Position numbers and translations under genes: made by a program. DNA of 63,806 nt, filler included, from Trichomonas gallinae (taxonomy: Eukaryota), in NCBI GenBank assembly GCA_008369845.1. It is 6 parts of 6 records of this genome, joined end to end, with 100 filler letters (N's around TTAATTAATTAA, not from the genome) between each part and the next. Parts side by side here need not be neighbours in the genome. Positions count along the whole stretch, not along the records: positions 42,853 to 51,417 come from MRSU01000021.1; positions 51,518 to 60,894 come from MRSU01000022.1; 4 more parts are not named here. The stretch is one strand, 5' to 3'. The first letter of the stretch is position 1, and each line of letters starts with the position of its first letter. Shown here one piece after another: positions 46,101 through 56,134 of the stretch. Under the pieces are notes generated by a model, which ran no database searches, was not told the DNA's origin, and saw only the letters and a program-made list of their open reading frames with translations.

Positions 46101-48950
46101 CACCAAAGCTGGCACTCTTGAGAATAAACCAGCTGGCGCTGTTGACGTTCTCTCGTAAACTCCTTCAAAACATTGTCCACCGAATTCTAGGAATGACGTG
46201 ACCATATTTTGGATGTTTTTCTCCTGTGGAAGCTCGTTTAATGGCTTGATGTGGTCACTTTTGATATTTTTAAAGCTGAAATAATCAAAGAAAACAGCTA
46301 GGACGTCGAAAATCAAGCCAAGGTTTTCTTGCAATGATTCCTGTGAAGTGGAGAACGCGTAAGTCCTCAATCCGAATAAAATCGAATTATATAAATTATT
46401 TGAATATTTCAGTGTGGAAATGTACTGCATGAATACGTCATGATTCAATGCGCAGAAAATTGCGAATCCTAGTGGTTGATTTGAAGAAGAAATTTGATTT
46501 GTTCTGGAAATCAAGTCAGAAAACTGTTTTGTGTCAGTGCTGTGGATAAATGCTGCCTTTGCGATGCAGAAATTATCGGAAATTTGGCTATTTTCTGATT
46601 CTGCTAAAATTGATTCTGCTGTTGTAATTATTGAATCAGGAATTATATCCATGCTGACTAATAATCTCGAGAATGATGATAAGAAGAACAGATAAGCGTT
46701 TTCCATTGACGAAGAAGCCATATCTAAGAATTTGATGTTATTTAATGTCGAAATATTGTAATTTCCGAATTTTCCGGCATGTAATAGATCTTGAATAGCA
46801 TTGTTGACGATTACAGACTCATTGCAAGACAAGAAACTGCCTAAAGTGTTGTATTGTGGATATTGATCATTGAATTCTTCAATAAATTTAAGAGTTTGCT
46901 GTCTGACAGTGGGTTGTGGAGCGCAGAGACCTATGTAATAGACAGCATTAATGAATTCAACCCTGTCTTTGCCTAAATCGTTGTGATATTCAATTGTTGC
47001 GCAAGCAGATTCAACAACCAAGCTCAAACAAGTGATTCCAGTGTAAAGAGATTCCATGGAATTAAGCAATCTATCTTTAAACACAGAAATAATTGTATCG
47101 AAAACGTGGAAGAACATTTTCGGCTCTCTGGCAATCATTGTCTGCAGTGATCTGATGGCTGATGCTGATACTGCTGGAGCTGGGTTGAAAACGTGAGGAA
47201 CAACGTCGTTTGGAACCAAATTATCTAAATCTGTTAAAGCTAAAGTGTGTAAAGCGTAAGCGAGTGAAGGGAACTGCGCTTCTGGGATGCCTAGTACCGA
47301 CAAAGCATTGCTAGATGTGGTAAAGAAAGAGTTATCGTAATCTTTTGGCAATAATTTTTGTAATTTGCGAATTGAAGAGCCAACAGCTGATGTTGCCTGT
47401 TTCATAGGCTGCGGTAATGACTCCTGTGCTGTGAATTCAAGCGCAGAGATGATAGTAGAGTGAAACATCAAAGAATCAACGAAAGACATGACATTGAATG
47501 CTGTAAGTGATCCCAAGTTGCTTGACGCAGCGAATAACCTCGAAGTAATCAGTTCTTTGTAAATATTTCTGCATTCACTCTTATATTCAGAATCTGTTTC
47601 AACGAGTTGATCAGGGAACAAAATTCTGAAGCCGGACTCAAACAATGCTTCATAATTGTTCTCAGCGAATTGTTCCCCAAACGTTCTGCGAAGATGTGAA
47701 GAAAAAATCGCTGAATAATGTTCAAACATGTTGCAAAAACAGTGAATGAGCTGCTGCTGCGAATTCTTCAGTAGCTGGCTGTTCTTTGCAAGGTTCTGGC
47801 AGAAGTCATCGCATACAGATTTCGACAATTGTTGTTCGGATTCCAATAGATATGAGAATTCTTCAATTGCGTGTGTTATATGTGTCTCACTTGACATGTT
47901 CTTCTGGATTTTCTTGTAATAATAGTCATCTACTGTTAATTTGAGATTTGGATTTTTATTGAAGGCCAAAATTCGAGCTCTGCAGCCGCAAGCTGGTCCA
48001 TTGTATCCATGTTTGGATGCTATCTCATCTGCCCTGTTGTACGCGTTCAAAATAAAAGATTCGTAGCGAGTTTTTGGTGTAGACACGAAAACACTACTAT
48101 AGAAGTTAGATAAAAACTCAATGGCTGTGATATGAAGTGGCTCGCTTGGATTCGTGTTTTTTAAGATGCTCCAGTATTCTTTCTTCTTGTTAAATGGTAA
48201 TAAACTTTTCTGATTAATTATTGTATCGAGTTTGTTAATATCTGTTGCAATTCCGTACATAACTGATGAGAAAAGAGACTGCTTCAGTAAACGAGTTGAA
48301 TCTGGAATGTCTTGTTTGTAGGAATCTTCGATAAATTGATAAGCAAGCTGTTCTGCCGGATAACTGTATATTTGACTGAGTTCATGGATGCAGAGTCCCC
48401 ACTTTTTCGCTGGAATATAGAAGAAAACTACATCTTCGTCGCGATAAACAGGCGATAATACATTTGTTGAGATTAAATTCGTGTAAGTATTTGCTTGTTC
48501 GTCTGTAAGATTCCTGCAGATCTTGAATGTGTGGAGCATAAACGTGGCTCTTACGTATTCGAGGAATAAAATAATTGAAAGTCTCACCACGTGGTTATCC
48601 CACTTTGCACTTGCAAGGAAAGTTGGCACAAGGGACTTTACTCCACTTCCCACTGGCTTGGATTGTTCGTAGAGATTATATACAGGGAAAGCATTTTCAA
48701 TAACAAAAAATGCTTGTTCCATAACATGAGAAATGGTGAGAGTGAGTGGTGTAACTGCCAAAACTATCGAGTAATCGTTCGCAAAGAATTTTTCGTAGTA
48801 TTCAATTAATTTATTTCTAGCGTCAGGATTACTTAATTGAACCTCAGGGAGGTCCCTGAGGAAGCCCTGGCAAATCTGCATCACCTGGCGCACGATGCTA
48901 TCAATTTGCATGTCAATTACGGATTTTTTATCGAAGCCGGAATTCGACAT
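43194..48950 (-). CDS. Furry/Tao3/Mor2-like HEAT scaffold protein (1918 aa)
   Basis: LVWGLCCGELSYASRALRLY and VFWTAAG...EY resemble the MOR2-PAG1 C-terminal domain; size and helical composition fit. Confidence 0.6.
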   Translation of the reverse strand: MSNSGFDKKSVIDMQIDSIVRQVMQICQGFLRDLPEVQLSNPDARNKLIEYYEKFFANDYSIVLAVTPLTLTISHVMEQAFFVIENAFPVYNLYEQSKPVGSGVKSLVPTFLASAKWDNHVVRLSIILFLEYVRATFMLHTFKICRNLTDEQANTYTNLISTNVLSPVYRDEDVVFFYIPAKKWGLCIHELSQIYSYPAEQLAYQFIEDSYKQDIPDSTRLLKQSLFSSVMYGIATDINKLDTIINQKSLLPFNKKKEYWSILKNTNPSEPLHITAIEFLSNFYSSVFVSTPKTRYESFILNAYNRADEIASKHGYNGPACGCRARILAFNKNPNLKLTVDDYYYKKIQKNMSSETHITHAIEEFSYLLESEQQLSKSVCDDFCQNLAKNSQLLKNSQQQLIHCFCNMFEHYSAIFSSHLRRTFGEQFAENNYEALFESGFRILFPDQLVETDSEYKSECRNIYKELITSRLFAASSNLGSLTAFNVMSFVDSLMFHSTIISALEFTAQESLPQPMKQATSAVGSSIRKLQKLLPKDYDNSFFTTSSNALSVLGIPEAQFPSLAYALHTLALTDLDNLVPNDVVPHVFNPAPAVSASAIRSLQTMIAREPKMFFHVFDTIISVFKDRLLNSMESLYTGITCLSLVVESACATIEYHNDLGKDRVEFINAVYYIGLCAPQPTVRQQTLKFIEEFNDQYPQYNTLGSFLSCNESVIVNNAIQDLLHAGKFGNYNISTLNNIKFLDMASSSMENAYLFFLSSFSRLLVSMDIIPDSIITTAESILAESENSQISDNFCIAKAAFIHSTDTKQFSDLISRTNQISSSNQPLGFAIFCALNHDVFMQYISTLKYSNNLYNSILFGLRTYAFSTSQESLQENLGLIFDVLAVFFDYFSFKNIKSDHIKPLNELPQEKNIQNMVTSFLEFGGQCFEGVYERTSTAPAGLFSRVPALVSKFPYDTDYKSWFAFTLNLIGIPEVTEAAQTCLSSLLSVFPLPEFCYLEFVNSINLITDDHILLLSRFLVRCIETQLPVFIKKAEDEPKYFHAIANMFPSFEENLMELQTAAVENYENRNQEEDVFTKQILYNAGNILATAFYYIIGEGVAGKKSALRVLKAVGLGTATAFCEPEDIAIVFKNITEHTSNMLNHIHGSCVSPAIALSSNLYRRIPFIGEQFVVAMMQLSFKCPECANVVEPWLANVCFNDAEKQKVIVGTSDEYCCVTAFSFTELLLNLPKNINTLRLIRRAIEGKTEDSMDIAHFIIITIMINHILRGDNKTFQTTIAYIFMVSPDTVFRDMLQFLRFSFWHHMDVMIGKFDALFDIDKFIGQAQNADSDANNIIMYEDAITFVLTTIKDLFDQFSTDVEKYKPWLIIFTVITFNDFQETLVSFRNIIPQCFTGQEESVIELIKNLNEELKTEILNELLVWGLCCGELSYASRALRLYTQCVDKVNAKDIVQKVLRNLYVCATCLYEKSNGLAKPSQSQWFYVIVDDQQNVDWKTTAQYITACLDLLRVCVELSDEIFVEVFWTAAGFSKCGSVEYVSILNSAMSVMIAVLKKKGAAEKIRKQGRPKDFDGVLTMISESKFNKESVPLLFELTAMLETNSLVNVAFGDPDAAKFVFIALHTLANITGSSQSDVDQMMTVGTSKKIGEVDVNVAFRLLGQIAATTTGSIQQMIFDFCAAFMSMVNSKVDETTVSIIAYTCANSPPSYAADQLLAIIQQRGGTIKRVIMSGASTIAPKFPKIFFMSKFEFNDVYDENVDCFMHIETYPPLFINDTGFFPCSLQRIIHDSILCAPAQPFTSWSKLLFKAQMKIEVNEVQTCEVRLQQGLFAKVKNLMLKDALYNDDEVNSIDPRHHPPPHGTASHFQNREQEPTEQEVEYVDEERREEHNIDFSLFIPSMQVVSELSQGLFDDPDIPSVF

Positions 48951-49636
48951 TGCAAATTTTTATACGTCACTTTTTGACAAATTTATTCGGATCCGATTTT
49001 TGTTATTTTTATGGTTCTCTTTATGAGAATTTCACTTTTCGTTTTGAAATAAAAAATGATCATCAATATTTTCGTTAGTTATTAAAATGGCGTAATATAG
49101 ACATACATAGTTTCACTTTTCACCATATAACTCGAGTTTCTTGAAATTTTTGACAAAAATTGACGAGATGTGGCATGTAAATCATACAAATTTCAATAAA
49201 TATGACAATTCGTCATGTAAAACTTTTTGCATAACTTCTAGTCCTTTATTTAATAGGATTTGATCATTCATTAGTAATTATTTAGCATTTATTTCCCGAG
49301 GTATTTTAATTAACATAAATCTCTAAAGAAATTATACATTTTTAAAGAGTCAAAATGTTGCTACAAAGAGATATTTACATTTTGACTCAAATAAATTGCT
49401 GAAAAAATCCGACTATCATAGTAAATTTATGAAAATTAGGTGTTTTCGAAAATTATTACGGGCGCAAATGCGCAAACATGATTTATTTGAAAATTTGCCA
49501 CATAAATATATATGTGTCAAAATAGTTTGCCATCTTTGCCCAATGTGTAAAAGGTAATTTACAATATCGCTAACTTTGAGAACAGTTGGCCAGACTGGCT
49601 TCAAAGGTAATGTGAGTGCCTTATGTGCTGAGAATG

Positions 49637-49672
49637 AAGTAACTAATATTTGAATCTAAATATTAGTTACTT
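49637..49672. other. Perfect 15-bp inverted repeat (hairpin)
   Basis: aagtaactaatattt-gaatct-aaatattagttactt. Confidence 0.8.
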
Positions 49673-50122
49673 GTTCATACCATAAAAATCGAATACAGTT
49701 GTTTAGTATTGTATTTTATAACCTGTGTTTTCTAGAAACATTAAAAAAAAAAAAAAAACAAGAAAAGAAGAATTGAATATTGCAAATAATTTTACGTGAC
49801 AGATAGTCATATTTAGTAGAAATTTGTATAATTTACATGTCGGTTTTTGTGAAAATCATACGAAACTTGATAAAAAGAGAGAAAAAGAATGACCTAAAGT
49901 TATATAGTAAAAAGTGAAACTATATATGTCTATATTACACAATTTTAATAACTAACGAAAATGGGAATTTCAGGATTTAGTTATAATAATTAGAGAAAAA
50001 ACATGTGTTATAACGTATTTTTTATCTGTAAGATTTACACCAGGGGTGAATTAAAAATGCTGGGATGTTGGCTGCGGCATCCCGACTCTAATTACTCTTG
50101 TGAAAAATGCATCCAATGAAAT

Positions 50123-50956
50123 TTATTTGTCCCAGTCTTTAACTGCAAATTTCTCGTAGTCTTCTTCGGAAACTTCACGATTGTCCTTGTATTTCTCTAT
50201 AAATTTTAGGTCATCATAAAATGAAGGATCGTTTTTGCGTTTTAGAAACTCTTCCTCGTATGCTTTGTAATCTTTGAATATTAGAGGATCTATGGTTTTT
50301 ATTGCAAAACACCGACGCTTGTCATTTCGGCTATAAGAAGCATTTCCTAATGAATGGTACTCACACAAAATATTATCCATATCTGGATAAAGATAATTAC
50401 AGTTTTGTGGCAGTTTTGGGACCACGAACATCTTTTGAACTCTTGTGTATTTCGCGAATTCTTTGAGTGCTTCGATTACAAAATCATTTGCATGGAATCG
50501 CTCTGCATATTTTATTACAATAAGTTCGAAGAGGACGCTCCATCTAGAAAGTAAAGCTCCAAACAGGTTCTTAAAATATCGACGTCCATTTTCATAAAGG
50601 AATCGGCGCATTATGAATCTACCTAAGAGCTTAAGTTCAGAGTCACTTAAATCATTAAAATGTGCATAATAAATAAGCCCATATGGATTATAATATAAAT
50701 ATCCATTATAATAAACAACGTAATGGAAATTTTTTGTTTCTTGTTCGAAATAATCAAGTATCAGCTTTTTAGGATTGAATCCAATAATTCTTGGTTCGTT
50801 TTTTTCGTAACTTTCAAGCGGGATACCAACAATAGCCCAAATAGGGTATTGATGAGTTTTGAGCCATAGTTTTTCTATTAGTCGACTTACAAAGGAAGTA
50901 ATACTCATGAACATAAAGTCATAAATGGTCTTTAGATATGCAATTAAACCATGCAT
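50123..50956 (-). CDS. Hypothetical protein (277 aa, aromatic-rich)
   Basis: Intact ATG-started ORF; no family recognised. Confidence 0.7.
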   Translation of the reverse strand: MHGLIAYLKTIYDFMFMSITSFVSRLIEKLWLKTHQYPIWAIVGIPLESYEKNEPRIIGFNPKKLILDYFEQETKNFHYVVYYNGYLYYNPYGLIYYAHFNDLSDSELKLLGRFIMRRFLYENGRRYFKNLFGALLSRWSVLFELIVIKYAERFHANDFVIEALKEFAKYTRVQKMFVVPKLPQNCNYLYPDMDNILCEYHSLGNASYSRNDKRRCFAIKTIDPLIFKDYKAYEEEFLKRKNDPSFYDDLKFIEKYKDNREVSEEDYEKFAVKDWDK

Positions 50957-51206
50957 CTTTTTTTTTGTTTTGCAAAAATTTAACTTTCAAATTTGACTTG
51001 TATTTAAAGTGTGATTGATCATAAACATGATAACTAAATATTTCGCACATTTTCCCTCGCTTTCGCGCCCATAAATTCAGATTGAATAAAACCGTCAGAT
51101 TGAATTTCATTCAAAAATTAAAAGTGCCAATCTGACAAATATTTTTTAACAAATTTTCACCTAAATTGAGAAGTGATAAAATTTTATAGATTGTTTCTAA
51201 ATAGAC

Positions 51207-51417
51207 TAGGGTTGTGCGAATTCTCACTTTTTAGCAGCGAACGAAATGCGCAATTTTATTCAGCGAAAGGCGAGACGGAATCCCCATAAAATATCTGTAA
51301 TACCCTGCAAATATAGGGCAACTCCTTTTAATTTGTATTAGCCCCTGGACTAAATTGACCCCTTTTTATTTAGTTATTCCCCTATTTTAGCTACTTTTAA
51401 CACCCCTTTCTAAGCAT
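51207..51417. mobile_element. Possible hAT-like transposon end at contig edge
   Basis: Begins TAGGGTTG (Ac/hAT-like terminus), with an abrupt composition change, and runs into the contig end. Only one end is visible. Confidence 0.35.
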
Positions 51418-51517
51418 NNNNNNNNNNNNNNNNNNNNNNNNNNNNNNNNNNNNNNNNNNNNTTAATTAATTAANNNNNNNNNNNNNNNNNNNNNNNNNNN
51501 NNNNNNNNNNNNNNNNN
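51418..51517. other. Artificial contig linker
   Basis: N44-TTAATTAATTAA-N44. Confidence 0.98.
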
Positions 51518-51901
51518 ATTCCGGCTTACCATGCAGCTGCTCTTGTATTCTTTTGCTTGGGTGGCATTTTCTTAATGAATATCGCTTGCATTATTCTTTA
51601 TGATTAATTTTTCGAAATACTACAGCTTTCGGCCTTATAATACGCATACTCTCATATAATACATTGTTCTGATTCATTACCCAATATTATATTACTGAAA
51701 ATATTATATTTTAAATGTTATTTCTTCATTATATATATGTTGACATGTCCTTTTATTGTTTTCCTTATACTAATAATAAATCAAACTAATAAAATGTATA
51801 TCTGCTTTGCATATTTTGTATTTTTGAAAAAAAAATTCTTGCAATGACCAAAATGCACATTTTCTGGCTCCTATTATGAGGATAACGAATTTGTAAGACT
51901 C

Positions 51902-53206
51902 TTAGAGCGAATTTTCAATTTCATTAATTTTATCGATAAATTCAATAGCAAATTCGCGAATGACAGGATTTGGAGAATTCTCGTGGCAAGTTGCTTCATT
52001 CGCCATTTGCTGCATCGTTGCAAATATCTTTTCATTTTTTGGATTCCTTGAATATAAATCAGTAATAAAACGGAAGCAATGAATAGAGGACATTGAATCG
52101 CTAGTGTATTTAACAACTTTTTCGAAAACATCGTCATCAAATTGCAAATTTCTATCAACACAATTAAGAAAACAGACAAAGCACGACTTTGCTGCATCAT
52201 ATGATAATGTGTCAGACAATCTATACATGAAAATGCAAATATCACTAGAAATAGAAATATTTTCGTGAAATTTTGAAAATGTTTGTGCGAAGACTCTTAT
52301 TATATCAGCATTAGCTAATATATCATCGTTTGAATCGAAATTAATGGTTTGAAGTCTTGAAAATGCAAAATTAATTATTTTTTCTAAAATTGATGTGTAA
52401 TCGCCAGATACAGTAGCACAGAATGCATAAAAATGTACTATAAGATCGTTATCACATTGCATTATTGATATAACATGTTCTGCGTTTTGGATAAAAATTG
52501 AAAAAGCTGATTCTGCTATTTCTTCTTGCTCTTTAATATATATTTTCAACAAATAGGATAATGTGCAATCAACGACAGATGTGTCGGCGGATTTAATGGA
52601 ATCTTCATAAAATGGTAAAATAATTTCTGCTTTTGCTATGTTTTGCGAATACATATATGATATAATCAGGATATAGTCTAAATTAAGTGGTACAACTGCC
52701 AATAATGAAAGTAAATCATTTGAAATGAAGAATTTCAGATATAAAGTATTATTGTAACAAAGTTGCGTGATTATATGTAGTGATATTGCTGAAATTGATT
52801 TATTGGTAGATTGCAGCTGACAGAGTAAGATTTTAAGCACTTCATCACCAATCTTTTCAATATAATTTGTAAATGAATTGGAAAATTGGTTTGTAATTAT
52901 GCTAATGAGATTTAAAGCTTGTTCTAGTGCGTATTCTTCTGTTATTGTAATGAAATAATTGAAAAATAAATCATATGGAAAAATATCAGCAAATTCTTGT
53001 ACTTGATTATCAGAGACTTCTTCTAGTGTAGAATTTATAGTAATGATAATGCTTAAATCATGTGGTATACCTTTAAGAAATGCTTGAAGATTATTATAAA
53101 GATCTAAATTCTGAGCAAAAACATGTTTTTCGGGTATAGTTGGCTGAAAATGTGAGAGTGTATCTATAGTTTTCATTGCTTTGTTATCATTATCAATTTC
53201 ATGCAT
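51902..53206 (-). CDS. ARM/HEAT-like hypothetical protein
   Basis: 434 aa from ATG 53206, Inr-like TCATT upstream; helical-repeat composition like 13744-15138. Confidence 0.65.
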   Translation of the reverse strand: MHEIDNDNKAMKTIDTLSHFQPTIPEKHVFAQNLDLYNNLQAFLKGIPHDLSIIITINSTLEEVSDNQVQEFADIFPYDLFFNYFITITEEYALEQALNLISIITNQFSNSFTNYIEKIGDEVLKILLCQLQSTNKSISAISLHIITQLCYNNTLYLKFFISNDLLSLLAVVPLNLDYILIISYMYSQNIAKAEIILPFYEDSIKSADTSVVDCTLSYLLKIYIKEQEEIAESAFSIFIQNAEHVISIMQCDNDLIVHFYAFCATVSGDYTSILEKIINFAFSRLQTINFDSNDDILANADIIRVFAQTFSKFHENISISSDICIFMYRLSDTLSYDAAKSCFVCFLNCVDRNLQFDDDVFEKVVKYTSDSMSSIHCFRFITDLYSRNPKNEKIFATMQQMANEATCHENSPNPVIREFAIEFIDKINEIENSL

Positions 53207-53236
53207 CAAATTCAAGAGAAACAATGAATAAAAAAA

Positions 53237-53840
53237 TGATTGATTTGTATTTTCAACGTTTTATGATATTTTCGGTCATTTCTTTATTAACGAAATCGAT
53301 TCAATCATATGAAGATGAATTTTTCGATGAAATAGCAAGCATAGAAAAAAACGCTAGGATAATAGTGAACACTTGTAGCATGTTTGGTTAAAATCCAGAA
53401 GAAGTTCTCGTGAAATTAGGATATTTTTTTTATATCATTCACCTGAACAATCATATATAGATGCAATCGAAGAATATCACATATTTGATGTGATTTCAGC
53501 TTCCATTTACCAAATTCAAAATACATTTCCAGATTTTGATTTAACACAAGCGCTTTTTTTGATTTCTAGATTATTTATAGAAACTACATTCATAGGAAAA
53601 ATGTTTAATACACCAGAATTTCTTGAAATTTGCAAATCAATTCTCGAAAAAGATACAACCAAATATATGGACAGAATATGCGAAATATTAGCAGCTTTTC
53701 TACGTGTTAGTGATGATGTTGTTAAAATTATTGAGTCAGGATTTCCAGAAATTGCTATTAATTTATTAATTCTCAAAGACTTAAGTCACGTAAATTGTCA
53801 ATTTTATTCAAAATCACGATACATCATGATTTTGAGTTAA
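53237..53840 (+). pseudogene. Disrupted ARM-like gene, divergent from the preceding gene
   Basis: In-frame TAA at 53389-53391 and a frameshift near the T-run at about 53424-53431, then an ARM-like ORF (KIIESGFPEIAINLL). Confidence 0.5.
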
Positions 53841-54604
53841 ATGTCAGTATAAACAAAAAATCAATTAGCTCAAAAGTATGCTGAGACCGAGTTTCACACA
53901 AAAGTGCGTAATAATAATCTCATACCGGTAAAGATGTTTCAATTTTCGGAATAAGGTGAATATATATATGACAGTTTACAACTTTCGTGGAAAAATTTCC
54001 ACTCAAGAACATCAATCTGATGCATTACATTATAATGCTTTGTGCCATCCTATGTATGAATGGCAGGGCTAGATAAAAAAAGGATAAGATTTCCTTACCG
54101 ATTTAATAAGGTTATTTTCTTTTGATAAATAACGAAAAATCAAAATAACCAAGAATAACGAATATATAGCTTCAGCCATTTCCAATTTTTCAATAAAATT
54201 TATTTAATACAATTGGAAATAAAAAATCAAATACACTCCATTATATATTTATTATTATTGAATGGTGATCGAGATTTCTGGGGTTTACGATCATAGCGAT
54301 CATTGATGAAAAGTGACAATGATCCAAAATTTTATCTATGTAATAATTGATTATTTATTGATACAGAAGCACGACCATAAACACTCTCAGAAATATTTGT
54401 GAGCATTTTCAAAAATTTGTCAATCAAAATTTTTTCTGCTAAAAACCGAAATTCAGCATCTTTATAGCATGAAATATTGATATTTGACATTAAAAATCAA
54501 ATTACTCAAAATTACGTAATTTTTAATATTTCGATGCCCATTGATAGATAAATGATTTTCGTTTTAATCAGTTTTTGAAAAAAAAAATTCTTCATTTTTA
54601 TTGG

Positions 54605-55414
54605 ATGTCTATTCTCAACCAGCTCACTGACATAACAGTGCGCGATGTCCCATTCTTCCTGTGCCTCATTGCCGCCTATTCCGTTTTCAGATGGTTCCTC
54701 GTCACTAAAGTCTTTTCTCCGTTAGGCAGTTTAGCGAAAGTTGATCCAAAGAGACTTTATAAGTTTGCAAACAGGTGCTTTGACCTTCTCCACTACTCCT
54801 CATCCGCAATCATCGGTCTCATTGCAGTTTTGAACAGACCATATGCGAAATGCATGTTTTGGTCATACGATTGCGCCGATTTTTACATGCCAACAGAAGG
54901 GTCTTTCCAGGTCACAGTCATGGAGAAGATGTATGTTTTGATTTTCTTCTGCTATTACATTGTTGACGTTGCCTACATCGGTGCAAACACAGGAATTGCT
55001 CTCATCGCTCTTCACCACGTTGCAACACTCACATTGGTCTTCGGATCTATCGTTCTTAGAGTTCCAGCTGTTTCTGTCACAATCATGATTTTGCATGATA
55101 TCGTTGATGTCCCACTTTACACCGGTAAGATCTGCGCTTACTTGGGATACATCAACATCAAGGATATAACACTTGTTTCCTTCGCAATTCTCTGCACATG
55201 GTTCAGAATGATCAACTATCCATTTGTCGCAAAGGCCGGATGGATAAACCAGTACCGCGAAGGAATTGTTTATCCAGCATTATATAGAGGTGTTGCTTAT
55301 TTCTTGTGGGTCCTCTATTTCTGCCATTGTTGCTGGTTCTATGATATTCTTAAGGCTGTTGTTCAAATCTATCAGGGCAACCCAGAAGCTATCCGCGATA
55401 ATAGATCCGACTAA
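54605..55414 (+). CDS. TLC-domain longevity-assurance (LAG1 / ceramide synthase-like) membrane protein
   Basis: HHVATLTL...LHDIVDVPLYTGK Lag1-type motif; multiple TMs; C-terminal DNRSD; Inr at 54592. Confidence 0.85.
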   Translation: MSILNQLTDITVRDVPFFLCLIAAYSVFRWFLVTKVFSPLGSLAKVDPKRLYKFANRCFDLLHYSSSAIIGLIAVLNRPYAKCMFWSYDCADFYMPTEGSFQVTVMEKMYVLIFFCYYIVDVAYIGANTGIALIALHHVATLTLVFGSIVLRVPAVSVTIMILHDIVDVPLYTGKICAYLGYINIKDITLVSFAILCTWFRMINYPFVAKAGWINQYREGIVYPALYRGVAYFLWVLYFCHCCWFYDILKAVVQIYQGNPEAIRDNRSD

Positions 55415-56134
55415 TTTCGTTTTTTTGTTTTATTTTCTTTCATAAACTTTCCCTTTAATAAAAAAATTACTTATTATATTTGTAAACTAATTGCATATCA
55501 TCTAAAAATCATTACACGAATCACGAATTATTATATTATTAAGCAAGATATAATATTCAATTTTCATTTGATGTGACAATTTAGAATCCGTGATTAAATG
55601 AGGAATTTTCGAGAAAAGGCTATGCTGAGAGAAAAAGTCATCAGAGGAGAAATACATCTTCAATCACAAAGTTCCTGCCACCGCAGAAACCAATGAATAA
55701 TATAGTAACATGCCATATCAACAAAGAAACACCAAGTGCTGTCCACGTTCCTTTAGACAGTTGTCGCGATGGACACTTTAATTTTCCGCTTGTTCATTTG
55801 CTTATTGAACAGTAAAATTATAGAAATAAAAATCAGAAAAAACAAAAATGATTATATTTGTATTCATTTTATCTCAATTTTCATTTAAATCAAAATATTG
55901 AATATCATAAACAATGATGCAATATGACTTAATAATTTTCTGTATTAAGCAATACTAAGCCAATATAAACATATTTCAAATCTCAAAATATGATGTTGTT
56001 TAATAATGAATTTTTCAATATAATTTTGATTTCATTTGTTGATTATTGAACATCATATTTTTGTACAATTTTAAGAAAGAAATATAATCAAAACAAACAT
56101 TTAAACATATAAAAAAAATAAAGAAAGAATTAAA

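Noticed and set aside
54260..54410. Small hairpins with TGATGA as a possible C/D snoRNA
   Set aside because: No matching D box (CTGA) at a suitable distance, and the stems are short.
55600..55800. Coding-like hydrophobic fragment on the minus strand
   Set aside because: Short, broken by stops and unrecognisable; cannot be supported as a gene.
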